A stretch of 64,000 nt of DNA from a virus (IMGVR_UViG_3300045952_000124:1531-65530); one strand, 5' to 3'; positions 39,901 through 48,918 are shown, numbered from the stretch's first letter. Numbers and translations: made by a program. Notes: a model not told the origin generated them from the letters alone.

Positions 39901-40228
39901 GAAGGTAATGGGGTGGGCGGCGGTAGACATAGGCACGAATGAGAGCGGGTGGACACCGATACTGAAGATAAAGTCGGACCGGGTAGACGCGACCGCCGAC
40001 TACTGGCGGAACGGCACAAAGGTGCTAGGCACACGGGCGACGGGCTGGACGGGCGATCCGACAGGCACGCTCAACCGCACGACGTTCGTCTCCTACGCCG
40101 GAGCGACGCATGGGTTGTCCTACTCTGCAGGGTTGGTGCAGGCGCTTGACAACGCGGTACGGGATAACAGCCGCCGATTAGCCGCCCTCATAGTAGACCT
40201 GCGGGCGCACGGCATGATAAACACGTAG
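36902..40228 (+). CDS. Tail tip/fibre protein with FN3-like repeats, CBM-like segment and beta-rich fibre
   Basis: Repeated P..PT.., W-x-W, GLSVGTNYTYKIVA, YFLRVRAA FN3 patterns; C-terminal ...LAALIVDLRAHGMI. Confidence 0.75.
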   Translation: MAIVIRDERLNRSQIAQVQYPNNIFSRLADLELGARLPHGGVRGGGDPNAGGTLETPRITAVAPQYAWDPELSRWVISLSVTFAYAPPSDFMHLHVEINGPGGFYYPVFIYPPYASPSVISDVGLQFNGDYFLRVRAATRSRGYTEWSDFAGPYHIDADPRRPEAPTNVRRDMTINPPFGYTYAPAGGGVVRGEVGILWDWDGGSIANPDEWEFKFWHDGQVEADAIIWSLPGVWRGVYVQNLQLPHTWHFRVRGRLGPLWGDLSGDYNFLFPAFVSQPPTLFTRDTAAGQNGWAYPSPGVAGIHLKFVAPALQPDQYHLHEYVTGSPTPIRSFTVAGDATTAFITGLSVGTNYTYKIVAIKFGAPSVGVDYVAGVVPDPPNPSPPTWNVPAILYAGQDPITGKSNLHLQWVHAVGSTELDHAWYDLWWQQAANGKYYEDGDAYTPPVHGVRVQGFRVAETIVGRFDRGVQYNFWINAESAAGGYSANSAVQSFTIAAPAPPPPPTDDTFTKQTDNPIGTLVPDPAGDVFSVELSNDVTFAGAQSMFAKFTGLSFILGGPPYQAEQFFYGPYYKAEPGRVYNARSAAHKSTASGIYETDFRDFVEFYDEGGSFVSEVDVQAAVTLADDTDTFFEAKVEAPAAARIMRRVYWLGIAVATSGVEQDVYLGSPHIEEETTAPKLSLLLPYKGTMQLIDTGLLEAGKVSLSEDGQFVQADAASTGSQVTFLTDEVPPREYGRLAGVGGGLEWNVGFDLLHPDALGQVNFVNTIDGRVQFLSSSTFFFEVTGFGSARFGSELWATNTLRASGEVSGYSHSVRLRIGNYAYSGLDRAAVRFEGVAAGSTFTLLNDYTAVAMRLLLNTTEVLRVESDGDLVALQDVYARDFVASREVLATGDVETQANFRGANGTVLWWGSDTNLYRSAAGYLKSDSGFSMTGKFASGGVLDGTYWARIYSTLKVDGVITTGASYQAGGEIQMFGYGVYTSYDTMHGMVQDAGINGPKVMGWAAVDIGTNESGWTPILKIKSDRVDATADYWRNGTKVLGTRATGWTGDPTGTLNRTTFVSYAGATHGLSYSAGLVQALDNAVRDNSRRLAALIVDLRAHGMINT

Positions 40229-40247
40229 CGCACGGGCGCGCAAAGTG

Positions 40248-40290
40248 TGGTATACTGCGTCACATGCAGGACGTACGACACACGACACGA
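40248..40290 (+). promoter_or_regulatory. Extended -10 promoter with shared leader motif
   Basis: TGG-TATACT(40251) then GCAGGACGTACGACACACGACAC, similar to P6 and P8. Confidence 0.5.
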
Positions 40291-40309
40291 CTTGACAGGA
40301 GCGCACCAT

Positions 40310-40681
40310 ATGGCAACTAGAGCGCCAAACGCAGCGAACGCGCCGAACGCGCCGGGCGGACCGACCGGACCGGGCGCACCTGACCCGGCTAACCCGCCGC
40401 CGCCAAGCTACGCGGTCATTCTAGCGGGCAAGAGGTACAGGGTCGCGGGCGCGGTCCTGCTGGCTTACACGGAAGCGGCAGAGGAGCCGCAGTCGCGCCC
40501 GTCAAGCTACCTGTACCGGACGCAGCGAGACAACTACTTTCACGTACACCGGACGCCGAACGGCACGTATGAAGCGGGCGCGCTGCTGCCGCCGCAGGCG
40601 TTGAACGCCTATCTGCAGCACCTTGTTACGATGCTGCCGGAGCAGGCGGCGTTTCCGGGGCTTGTCATTGAGGAAGGTTGA
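40310..40681 (+). CDS. Hypothetical protein
   Basis: SD AGGAG; YLYRTQRDNYF motif. Confidence 0.55.
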   Translation: MATRAPNAANAPNAPGGPTGPGAPDPANPPPPSYAVILAGKRYRVAGAVLLAYTEAAEEPQSRPSSYLYRTQRDNYFHVHRTPNGTYEAGALLPPQALNAYLQHLVTMLPEQAAFPGLVIEEG

Positions 40682-40687
40682 GGGTCC

Positions 40688-41011
40688 ATGATAGACGAAC
40701 GCAGAGTGAGTGCCGCAGGGCAGGTAATACAGCGAATAGCGCCGCTCCTGTCGCCGGGAGAATTGCTGTTCTTTGAGGACTTTCTGAACGACGTGTACGC
40801 GATGCTGCCGAAGCCTACTGAGAAGCCGCAGCCGTTGGAGCCCATGCCTGCGCCGCCGCCCGTGCCTGCTATGAAAGCGCCGGAGCCGGAGCCGGAGCCG
40901 GAAGAAGCGCCTGCGGCGGCGGCGGTTGAGGCTGCAATCGAAGCGGCGGCGGCAAGGAAAAGCCCCGGCAAGCAACAGCCGGGGCATCAACCGCAGGGCA
41001 GGGCGGGATGA
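40688..41011 (+). CDS. Hypothetical protein
   Basis: SD GAGGG; Pro/Glu tail. Confidence 0.5.
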   Translation: MIDERRVSAAGQVIQRIAPLLSPGELLFFEDFLNDVYAMLPKPTEKPQPLEPMPAPPPVPAMKAPEPEPEPEEAPAAAAVEAAIEAAAARKSPGKQQPGHQPQGRAG

Positions 41012-41019
41012 TTTACGGG

Positions 41020-41547
41020 TCAGGGCAGGACATGCACCTGCAGGGCGCGGACGCGGAGAGCGGAGCCGCCCGGCGTCGCCTGCCCGCTAATCACTACCCC
41101 AATCGGATCGGGTCCGTACGTGCGCTCCAACTGTACGGTTACATTCGTCCACACGCCCGGCTGCGCGACTTCGCATTGAGTATCGCCCGGCACAGTTTGC
41201 AGGCATACCGTACCGTCGCCTTCTACCTGCGCCTGCATCTTGTAGACGTTATACCCGGAGAAGATCGGCTGCTGCCAATCGTAGTACCGGGCAAGCTCAA
41301 CGTTGCTGCCGGGCGGCACGACCTGCTCCGCGACCTGCTCAATCGGCAGCACGACGGGCGCGCCTTCCGCGCAACAGCCGACCGGACCGCCCTTCCCGCT
41401 ATCAGCGCTTACGTGCGCCGATACTCCCACGCCTGCGGACGCGACCCGCCCGGCTCCGCTATCCGCCGTCATTGTTCCTGCGACCGCCCCAAACAGCAGG
41501 GCAACGGCACAAGCTACGACGGGTATCCTTCCATGCTTCCTGTCCAT
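41020..41547 (-). CDS. Secreted/exported beta-rich protein (moron-like, the only well-supported minus-strand gene)
   Basis: AAAGGAGG SD before ATG at 41547; signal-peptide-like MDRKHGRIPVVACAVALLFGAVAG; putative own promoter TTGCGT(41631)-18-TATACT(41607). Confidence 0.7.
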   Translation of the reverse strand: MDRKHGRIPVVACAVALLFGAVAGTMTADSGAGRVASAGVGVSAHVSADSGKGGPVGCCAEGAPVVLPIEQVAEQVVPPGSNVELARYYDWQQPIFSGYNVYKMQAQVEGDGTVCLQTVPGDTQCEVAQPGVWTNVTVQLERTYGPDPIGVVISGQATPGGSALRVRALQVHVLP

Positions 41548-41656
41548 TAGAACACCTCCTTTGCACTTCGCCATTATGTAAACTAGCACTCCGCCGACGA
41601 AAGTATACTGAAAGTCGGATGCCGGACGCAAGCCCACATAGGACAGGAGCCGCAGA

Positions 41657-42010
41657 TTGACAACACCGGACCTGCTGAACAAAGCTTTTGAAGCTGCCTT
41701 ACTGACAACCGCCTACTTTATGCAGACATTGACACCGGAAAATTGGTTCGCGGTCCTGCTTAGTTGGGGACCGCCAAGCGTCGTGTTAGGGGTCGCGCTA
41801 TGGACGATATACACCGGGCGCTTTCACACGCGGGCATCGGTAAACGCGCTCATAAAGCTGTACGAAGGGCAGATCGTGGAGTTGAAAACCGACCGCGACG
41901 ATTACAAACAGATAGCACGGGACGCGACAGAGGCGCTAGCGGAGCTAACCCGCCCGGCGAACATCGCAAAGACGCAGCCGCCGCAGGCTCCGCGCAAAGT
42001 ATCGCGGTGA
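41657..42010 (+). CDS. Membrane protein with coiled coil (holin/lysis accessory)
   Basis: TM helix then coiled coil; upstream of endolysin. Confidence 0.55.
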   Translation: MTTPDLLNKAFEAALLTTAYFMQTLTPENWFAVLLSWGPPSVVLGVALWTIYTGRFHTRASVNALIKLYEGQIVELKTDRDDYKQIARDATEALAELTRPANIAKTQPPQAPRKVSR

Positions 42011-42018
42011 GGTCAATC

Positions 42019-42246
42019 ATGAAACTGTTCAAGTGGATAATTAGTAAGGTGTGGAGCATGCCAATCGTAGTGCCTGTGCGACTTACGCCCGATGAGAAAG
42101 CGGACAGGGAAAAAGAGGCGATGCGTAGGAAGGTGCAGGTCGCGAAGGCGCGGGTCGCGACGCTTGGCGATGAGGTTGACATAAAGCTACGACGGGGCGC
42201 GGAGCCGGGCGCGTCGCCGCAGGAGCAACCGCAGGGGAGCCAATGA
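42019..42246 (+). CDS. Small hypothetical protein
   Basis: ATG after GAGG; ATGA coupling. Confidence 0.45.
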   Translation: MKLFKWIISKVWSMPIVVPVRLTPDEKADREKEAMRRKVQVAKARVATLGDEVDIKLRRGAEPGASPQEQPQGSQ

Positions 42247-42884
42247 GTACCGAGATAAACCTTGAAGTAATACTGCGACTGTTCTGGACAGCCTATTGCG
42301 GAACAGCCGCCGTCGCCTGCGTAATATTTGGGTACGTTGAGGCGCAGGGCGACTTGGACGCGCTTGACGATCAGGGCGTGCGAAACGGCAGGCGCACGCA
42401 GGCATTGGGCAATCGCCGGGGCGAACTGGTAAAGGTGCTAATCTGCGTGTTCTTCTGCACGATTGGTATCCTTCTCCTGATGCGCGGACCTGCGCCGCCC
42501 TCAGACGTGCCTGTAACCCGTGAGGTAAACGTATGGCTTGGGCTGTACACGGGCTTGGGCTTCGTCGGCATTGTTACGATGCTCCTGTACGACACGGTAA
42601 AGGGCGCGTCGGAGCGTAGGTCAATCCGGCGCGGCAAGATAGCGGAGCATGAGCTTGAAGAAGCGGCGGCGGCGGTCGCTGCGCTTGCCGAAGAAAACGC
42701 GGTCAAGCTTGCGGCGGCGGAAGCGGCTCCGTCAAACGTGCCGGGCGTGGAACCTGCTCCTGCGGCGGCTCTGCGTGAGGCGATTGATGTCAATGTTGTA
42801 AACACGGAGCGGGCAGTCCCGGTAGAAGTACGGGAAGAAAAGCCCAAGCCCGAAACTACAGGAGCGAACGATGAACACAGTTGA
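42243..42884 (+). CDS. Three-TM membrane protein (holin-like)
   Basis: Three hydrophobic segments; adjacent to amidase. Confidence 0.55.
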   Translation: MSTEINLEVILRLFWTAYCGTAAVACVIFGYVEAQGDLDALDDQGVRNGRRTQALGNRRGELVKVLICVFFCTIGILLLMRGPAPPSDVPVTREVNVWLGLYTGLGFVGIVTMLLYDTVKGASERRSIRRGKIAEHELEEAAAAVAALAEENAVKLAAAEAAPSNVPGVEPAPAAALREAIDVNVVNTERAVPVEVREEKPKPETTGANDEHS

Positions 42885-43557
42885 GATGCTCATAGAGCGA
42901 TACTTGCGGAGCATCGGGCTTCCTAACCTGCCGGAATACTTGAAGCGCATTATCGTGATCAACGTCTTTGAGCGGGGCAACCCGTCCGGCGTAGTCACGC
43001 AATCGAAGCTATACTGGAAGTGGCCTGCGAAGCCGATTGGCGGGCTGCGGCACGGCACGGTCGGCTCAAACAGCCTGCGCTACCTTGCCGGACCTAACGA
43101 CCGCGACGTGTGCGCGCACCAGCTTATCCCACGCGACCCGTTCACGATCTACGCGCTTGTGCCGCCCGGCTACGCCTGCGGGCATGCTGGCGTAAGCGTT
43201 TGGCAGGGGCGCAGGAATTGCAACGACTTCATGTACGGCTACGAATTGGAGAGCCTGCAGCGCGGTCGGTTTGACGACTATTCGTTCTGGCAGTACATGA
43301 AGCTTGCGGCGACGTGGGCGTACCGCTCCGCCGCCGAGAAGCTATCCGACAACAATTTCACCGACCACGCGGACGTTGCGATCTACGGCTCCGGCATACC
43401 GGGGCATAATCCAAACGATAAGGGGCGCAGGTCCGATCCGACGTTCTTCAATCACATGCTGCTAGGCGGCGTCCTGTCGGCAATTCGCAAGCCGGAAGTA
43501 TGGCCGGACTTCTGGCATCTGGAGCTATGGGACGGCGGTCCGCAGTTTGGCGTGTAG
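42871..43557 (+). CDS. Endolysin, N-acetylmuramoyl-L-alanine amidase (Amidase_2-like)
   Basis: RHGT, CAHQLI, GHAGVSVWQG...N..MYGYELE, TDHADVA, RRSDP Zn-amidase motifs. Confidence 0.85.
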   Translation: MNTVEMLIERYLRSIGLPNLPEYLKRIIVINVFERGNPSGVVTQSKLYWKWPAKPIGGLRHGTVGSNSLRYLAGPNDRDVCAHQLIPRDPFTIYALVPPGYACGHAGVSVWQGRRNCNDFMYGYELESLQRGRFDDYSFWQYMKLAATWAYRSAAEKLSDNNFTDHADVAIYGSGIPGHNPNDKGRRSDPTFFNHMLLGGVLSAIRKPEVWPDFWHLELWDGGPQFGV

Positions 43558-43662
43558 CCTGCCGCTCCGCCGCATCGCGTAGCCCGAGAAGCACAATCTA
43601 CCTGCAGCGCATCGGCGCAGAGCCGCCGCCGCAGGCAACCCAAAGAACAGGAGTGACACACA

Positions 43663-44058
43663 ATGGACCCAGAGACATTTCTACAGGCTATGGCAACGGC
43701 ATTGAACAACCCAACCCACCCGCTAGCGGTTGCGGTATCGAAGATGATCAAGAACAATTCACAGATCGGCGCGTTCCGGGCGCTGACCAACGGCGAAGCC
43801 GACGCCGCCCTGCTCGATGAGGGTGAGCTGAACGAAGCGCTTGCGGGCATGTTCACCGGACCGACAGAGGGCGCGGGCGGAGAGTTCTACGAAGGGCATG
43901 GTCCGTTCAAGCGCATCGAAGAAACCGTGTACGGCACGGTCGGTAAGGTGCTTGACGAGCGCGGCTTCCCCAAAAAGCCCGGACCGACAGGCGGACCAAT
44001 CGGCGGCTCCGGCTCCGCGTCCGGCGGCAGTGGCGGCGGCGGCGGCAACGCAGAGTAA
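43663..44058 (+). CDS. Hypothetical protein with Gly-rich tail
   Basis: SD AGGAG. Confidence 0.6.
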   Translation: MDPETFLQAMATALNNPTHPLAVAVSKMIKNNSQIGAFRALTNGEADAALLDEGELNEALAGMFTGPTEGAGGEFYEGHGPFKRIEETVYGTVGKVLDERGFPKKPGPTGGPIGGSGSASGGSGGGGGNAE

Positions 44059-44269
44059 CCCTGTAGAAAGGGGGTGACGCCGCGCAAACAGCGAAGCGCA
44101 AAGGGTGCGGAGCGGCAAACAGCGCCGGGCCGTGCCTCTGATAAGGGACCGCCTGCGGTTCGCGCCTCTCTCACAGGTACGAACACACAGGCACTAGCTA
44201 TAGCGGGCTTCTGAGGGCTTCTCAAACGCTCTCAGAAGCCGCTAATACGCCCGAAAGTGAGGATTTAGC

Positions 44270-45139
44270 ATGCTACTGACGATTATTGGGGCAATTCTGC
44301 TCCGCCTGCTCCTGCAGGCAAACGAAGGCACGCCCGTTGAATGGCTTGGCGAAGCGCTAGGCAACATCTTGAAGCAGGGCGGCACGCTTGGGGCTGTGTC
44401 ATGGGTCGTAATCGGCGGCGTTATAACCGCGTGGAAGGACCGTTGGGGGGAGCCGACTAACCTTACGAAGAACATCATATCAATTGCGGCTCCGGTCGTA
44501 ATCGTGTTCGCCGCCTACTTCTTCGGCGTGTTCGCGGGCTACTGGCCTTACGACCGCACAAGCTTCGTGAACGCAATCTCGGTGCTGGCGGTTGAGATAG
44601 CAGGCAGCAAGACAATATTCGTAACGTCGCGGGGCATTGAAACGATGCGCGAAGGCAACCGGGCGAACGTACTGGCGAAACACCCTGACGCGGCGCTCAT
44701 GCATCCCGATGCGACCGTGCAGCCTGCGGCGGCGCTCCTGCCGGGCGTGACTACTTTGGGCGCGGTCGCGGAGCCTGCACCGGAGCCGGAGCCTGACGCC
44801 TATGGCGACGTTATACAGCCGACCGCGTACGCCTCAATCGTGCAGGGTGGTAGGCCAAGCGTAACGGTATTGGGCGCGCCGCCGCCGCCGCCGCAGGATT
44901 GGCCTGTAGTTGAGGATGCGCGCATCGTCCTAGACTTGGACGACCCGGCGCTCTATGTGCCGGACTTCGGAGAGGCTACACCGGAGCCGGGCGGCGAGAC
45001 GGTTGCGGAGCAGGTCGTCAACGCGCAGGCGGAAGCGCTTACACCTGTTGAGCCGGCTGAGGATCCAAGCGCTTCTCCTGCTCCTGCTTCGCCTGCGGCG
45101 GCTCCTAAGACTACGAAGAAGAAGGCGACGCATGGATAA
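44270..45139 (+). CDS. Multi-TM membrane protein (holin-like) with acidic Pro-rich tail
   Basis: 3-4 hydrophobic helices in the N-terminal half. Confidence 0.6.
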   Translation: MLLTIIGAILLRLLLQANEGTPVEWLGEALGNILKQGGTLGAVSWVVIGGVITAWKDRWGEPTNLTKNIISIAAPVVIVFAAYFFGVFAGYWPYDRTSFVNAISVLAVEIAGSKTIFVTSRGIETMREGNRANVLAKHPDAALMHPDATVQPAAALLPGVTTLGAVAEPAPEPEPDAYGDVIQPTAYASIVQGGRPSVTVLGAPPPPPQDWPVVEDARIVLDLDDPALYVPDFGEATPEPGGETVAEQVVNAQAEALTPVEPAEDPSASPAPASPAAAPKTTKKKATHG

Positions 45140-46121
45140 GCGTAGTTGGACGCTAGACTTCTCAATGCCTCTGTCGCCGGAGCGCGACCGACCGAACCTT
45201 GCCCGCTCCGGCGTCAAGCGCGTCATGCTGCCGTTCGCTATCGCGGCGCGCCACCCTGATCAGGTCGCATGGCTAGGACAGAACGGCTACGCTGTAATCC
45301 TGCGTATGGAGCAGGAGAGCTATCACGCCGACCTGTCGTACACCAACGGGCGCATCGTGCCGACGCCGGGCGGCAAGTCGGAGCATGACAAAGCGGCAGA
45401 GGCATTGACGTACCTGCACCGGGCGGTCCGCGACGCTCCGATTGAGGGCGTCGCAATCGGAGTTGAGCCGGACCTTCCTAGACTGCCGTACTACAACTAT
45501 CGCGGTTGGCTCGATGATAAGGTCAACGGCGACGGCAGCGTATCGGCAGGAGCGAAGCGGCACAAGGTCTACTTCGCGACGATGCACCGGGCTATAAAGG
45601 GCGCCTTCCCGCAGATGCACACCATAAGCGGCGGGCTGTCTTGCCCGTTCCGGGCAGAGGGCGACATGCCTTATCCGGGCTACGTCGCGTGGCGGGACGA
45701 AGTTGCGGAAGTCTACTCCGAAGCGGACACCAACGCTTTCCACGCTTACACCTACAATGCTATCTCGCCCTGCCCGGACCAACTTCGCCTGCAGTTCATA
45801 GTCCAGTTCGGCGCAAGCATGTGGCACAAGCGGATAGACCTGTTGGAGCTAGGCGTCCTGTTTGAGCCGGAGAACGGAGTGCGGAAGCTTGGCCTAGAGT
45901 GGCAGCTACGCCGCATGCAGGCTTACATAGACTTCGCCAACTGGCTTGACCTGCCGTGGCAGCGCGACGTAGATCAGGACGGGCATCCATACAAGACGGG
46001 CGGCAGGGTCCGCCTGTACTCCCCATTCGTGAGCAACGGCGTGCCGTCCGCATGGCCCGAAGAATACCTTTTGGACCGCCCGGAAGTGTACGACCTGCTC
46101 CGCAGGCACGTAGACCAGTAA
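45132..46121 (+). CDS. Glycoside hydrolase-like TIM barrel (clan GH-A)
   Basis: VAIGVEPD (acid/base position), ISGGLS, ADTNAFHAY, IDLLELG (nucleophile position). Confidence 0.6.
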   Translation: MDKRSWTLDFSMPLSPERDRPNLARSGVKRVMLPFAIAARHPDQVAWLGQNGYAVILRMEQESYHADLSYTNGRIVPTPGGKSEHDKAAEALTYLHRAVRDAPIEGVAIGVEPDLPRLPYYNYRGWLDDKVNGDGSVSAGAKRHKVYFATMHRAIKGAFPQMHTISGGLSCPFRAEGDMPYPGYVAWRDEVAEVYSEADTNAFHAYTYNAISPCPDQLRLQFIVQFGASMWHKRIDLLELGVLFEPENGVRKLGLEWQLRRMQAYIDFANWLDLPWQRDVDQDGHPYKTGGRVRLYSPFVSNGVPSAWPEEYLLDRPEVYDLLRRHVDQ

Positions 46122-46124
46122 CCA

Positions 46125-46233
46125 CTGAGACGCGCTGAGAGCCATTCAGCCGCGTCAAGCGGTGGCAGAGCTATGTTTATAGCCATGCCCCTATTCTGAC
46201 GATTTCACGCACGATTTTAGCTACCATGTTCTA
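46125..46233 (+). repeat. Dispersed element copy C
   Basis: CTGAGACGCGCTGAGAGCCATTCAGCCGCGTCAA...CTATTCTGACGATTTC..GATTTTAG. Confidence 0.9.
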
Positions 46234-46282
46234 ACCTATGCCGGGCAACCTGCAGCCGCCGCAGGCTCCGCCCGGCATAGAT

Positions 46283-46374
46283 ATTGGTCCGACCAATTGC
46301 CTAGATTGGCCTAGAATTACCTTGCGCTGCCTGCTGCCCCTTGCTATAATTGTCGTAGGTCGGACATACAACAC
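46283..46374 (+). promoter_or_regulatory. Early-type promoter P2
   Basis: ATTGG repeats, TTGCGC(46322)-17-TATAAT(46345), TGTCGTAGGTCGGACATAC. Confidence 0.8.
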
Positions 46375-46423
46375 GGCGGCGCAAAACTTAGCGCCCCGAT
46401 AGCAACACATGGAGGCAAACACT

Positions 46424-48025
46424 ATGGCAGGCACAAGCAAGAAGCAGGCTCCGCAGGCAGAGGTAGTAGCCGGACACATCGCCGGGATTGACGATTGGAA
46501 GACGCAGGTCGTTGACTTCGGATCGGGCGATTACGGCGCGAAGGTATGGCACGGTCTGACGGGTATACACGTCGGAGCGTGGACGACGTACGCAAGCGCG
46601 GAGTTGGCGCAGAAGGCTATGGATCGCATCGTCCGCGACCGGAAGGCGCAGAACGTGAGGATAATCCGGGCGCTGGACGTGCTGCAGGAGAAGCGCGGCA
46701 ACGTTCGGATAATAGACTTCGCTGACAGCACTTGGATTTTCGGGGCGGCGCTAGAAGGCGGAGCCGACTATGAGATCGTCCGCGATTACGTAGCCGCGCG
46801 GTTGGGACACCTGTTTGACGTGCAGGTAGTTGAGACTGCTCCGAAGCCGAAGCCCGAGAAGCCTGCGGCGGCGGCTCCTGCGGCTGATGCTTCCGATACG
46901 GATGCGCCCGCGACCGAGAAGCCGAAGAAGGGCAAGAGCGGCACGGCAGGCAAGACGCCTGCCGCCGCGCCTGCCGCGACACCGAAGCCGAAGCGCGAGA
47001 GTGCGCTTCGGTCGCAACAGAGGGCGGCTGCGGCTGAGATGCAGGTCGGCATCGCGAAGAAGAACAGAGGCACGGGTCCGGTCGCGGACGTTACGCCCGG
47101 CAAAGAGGTTACAGGCGTGGCGGTATCGCGGGCGGACGTGACGGCGGAGTTGGTGCTTATGTCCTACAGGGAGCGCGACCTGTTGAACCTGCCCGATGAT
47201 AGCCTGCGGAAGTTGTACTCCGCCGCCCTGTCGGAGCGGCTGAACAACACATGGTCGGAATTGCCGCAAACGGTTGAGCGGCAGATAGCGGAGGGGCGGC
47301 AGATCGCCCGCCCCTCCGTGCCGCGACGCGCTGACGACGGCAAGCCGATTGACGGTGTGCAGTCCGCCCGCCCCTCCGCGCAGCCGAACGCCTATGAGCG
47401 GGCAGCGCAGGAGCAGGACGTGAAGCAGGCAGGCGCGGCGCTCCTGCAGTTGGAGCGCGACGCGGACGCAGAGCAGAGCGAAGCAGGGACGATAATGGAC
47501 AGGTACGCAGAGTGGAACCCGGTTGACACGGCTCCGATGCACGAAGGGCTTGACGAAGCGGAGCAGGACGAAGCTGACGCGCTTGCGGCACGCGCCGGGC
47601 TTGAAGTGCCGAACGACTTGGGACCGGGCGGGCAGTACGTCGGCAAGACGGGCGCGGCAATCGGCATTGAGCCTGACAGCCCGTTCGCGGACATGGAAAT
47701 CATTAGCGCCTACAGCGCGGAAGATGCGCTCCGCGACGGCGACTTGGTAGACGTGAGCAGCATCGCGAAGACGCGGGGCTTTACAATCCGCACGATGGTA
47801 AGCAGGAGCATACACGACGCCTGTGAGCGCGGGCAGGGCAAAGACCCGGCTTCCTACACGGCGCGTATGGGCGACGTGCTGCACATGCTGTACATGGCAA
47901 TCAAGGCGGGCGGCGGCGATGACGACAGGTTGAATTACGGCGTCCGCGTCGGCAAGACAACGCTGCACCTGCAGGCGATAATGGACGGCGCTGGCATAAC
48001 GATTGTGCAGGCAGGGGAGCGGTAG
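46424..48025 (+). CDS. Multidomain early protein with C-terminal DUF6573-like domain
   Basis: SD GGAGG; IISAYSAEDALRDGDLVDVS...RMGDVLHM motif. Confidence 0.65.
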   Translation: MAGTSKKQAPQAEVVAGHIAGIDDWKTQVVDFGSGDYGAKVWHGLTGIHVGAWTTYASAELAQKAMDRIVRDRKAQNVRIIRALDVLQEKRGNVRIIDFADSTWIFGAALEGGADYEIVRDYVAARLGHLFDVQVVETAPKPKPEKPAAAAPAADASDTDAPATEKPKKGKSGTAGKTPAAAPAATPKPKRESALRSQQRAAAAEMQVGIAKKNRGTGPVADVTPGKEVTGVAVSRADVTAELVLMSYRERDLLNLPDDSLRKLYSAALSERLNNTWSELPQTVERQIAEGRQIARPSVPRRADDGKPIDGVQSARPSAQPNAYERAAQEQDVKQAGAALLQLERDADAEQSEAGTIMDRYAEWNPVDTAPMHEGLDEAEQDEADALAARAGLEVPNDLGPGGQYVGKTGAAIGIEPDSPFADMEIISAYSAEDALRDGDLVDVSSIAKTRGFTIRTMVSRSIHDACERGQGKDPASYTARMGDVLHMLYMAIKAGGGDDDRLNYGVRVGKTTLHLQAIMDGAGITIVQAGER

Positions 48026-48033
48026 GAAGGCAC

Positions 48034-48072
48034 ACCTGCGGCGGCGGAGCCGGGCGCGCCGCCGCCGCAGGT
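48034..48072. terminator. 14-bp perfect intergenic hairpin built from the CCTGCGGCGGC motif
   Basis: ACCTGCGGCGGCGG-11-CCGCCGCCGCAGGT. Confidence 0.5.
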
Positions 48073-48097
48073 ACAAACACACAGGAGAGGCAATAAC

Positions 48098-48610
48098 ATG
48101 AGCGCAGAAGCCACTACAGGAGCGCAGGACGCGCAGGCAGAGGGGCAATCGCAGGAGCCGACAATGAAGCGGTTCGTCGTGATTGGCAAGTGCAAGATGA
48201 AAGGCGGCGGCATCGGAGTAGTCGTGCAGCCGATTGACGCGGATGGTGCATACGTCGGTCCTGAGGAAGTCTACCCTGCGGCTGGACGGATCGCGTTGAA
48301 GGTCGCGGTCGGAAGCATCTACAGCGTGATAGGAACAGCCAGTGGGATACGCCCGGCGACGGCGAAGTTTGAGCGGCAGTGGCCTGATAACCGGGCGCTC
48401 CTGCGCTGGCAGTCGGCGGCGCGGGCGTTTGACGACGTGCAGGCGGCGATCCGGTCGGAGAAGAAAGCGGTCAGCAGGGACGCGATGCGCGCACAGTTGG
48501 AACCTATGGTCGCCGCGTACCGCAGGTTGAACACGGCTGCGGAGCGCATCGCGTTTGAGGTCCGCGTGCTATCGGTCCTGCGCGAGACGCGGTTGGACCG
48601 CGAAGGCTAA
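48098..48610 (+). CDS. Hypothetical protein
   Basis: SD AGGAGAGG. Confidence 0.65.
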   Translation: MSAEATTGAQDAQAEGQSQEPTMKRFVVIGKCKMKGGGIGVVVQPIDADGAYVGPEEVYPAAGRIALKVAVGSIYSVIGTASGIRPATAKFERQWPDNRALLRWQSAARAFDDVQAAIRSEKKAVSRDAMRAQLEPMVAAYRRLNTAAERIAFEVRVLSVLRETRLDREG

Positions 48611-48681
48611 CAGGCAGCAGTACGCCGGGCGGCTCCGCGTCACCCGGCACAAGTCACTACAGACGAACAGGAGCGAACACA

Positions 48682-48918
48682 ATGGCTTATGGAACACTGC
48701 CGAAGCCCGGCACGAAGCTTGGCCCCTGCCTGAACCGGGGCTGCAATCACCGGGACTGCGAAGCGACGCGGCAAATGGCGGCGCAGGGCTGCAGCCTGTG
48801 CAACAAAGAAATCGGCTACGACACACCGTTCTATGACGACCCTCTGCGGCATCGCGACTGCAGTGAGGACGCGGCGGAGCAGGAGCGCCGGGCGGCATCG
48901 GGCGCGGAGGGCAAGTAG
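48682..48918 (+). CDS. Small Cys/His Zn-binding protein
   Basis: GPC...CNHRDC...CSLC...HRDC. Confidence 0.65.
   Translation: MAYGTLPKPGTKLGPCLNRGCNHRDCEATRQMAAQGCSLCNKEIGYDTPFYDDPLRHRDCSEDAAEQERRAASGAEGK

Noticed and set aside
36902-40228. Diversity-generating retroelement targeting the tail tip
   Set aside because: No reverse transcriptase, and no adenine-variant TR/VR repeat pair seen.
44070-44130. GCAAAC...GCGCAAAG resembling a c-di-GMP-I riboswitch
   Set aside because: No room for the P2 stem with its GNRA loop, and no convincing P1/P3; an Rfam scan would settle it.
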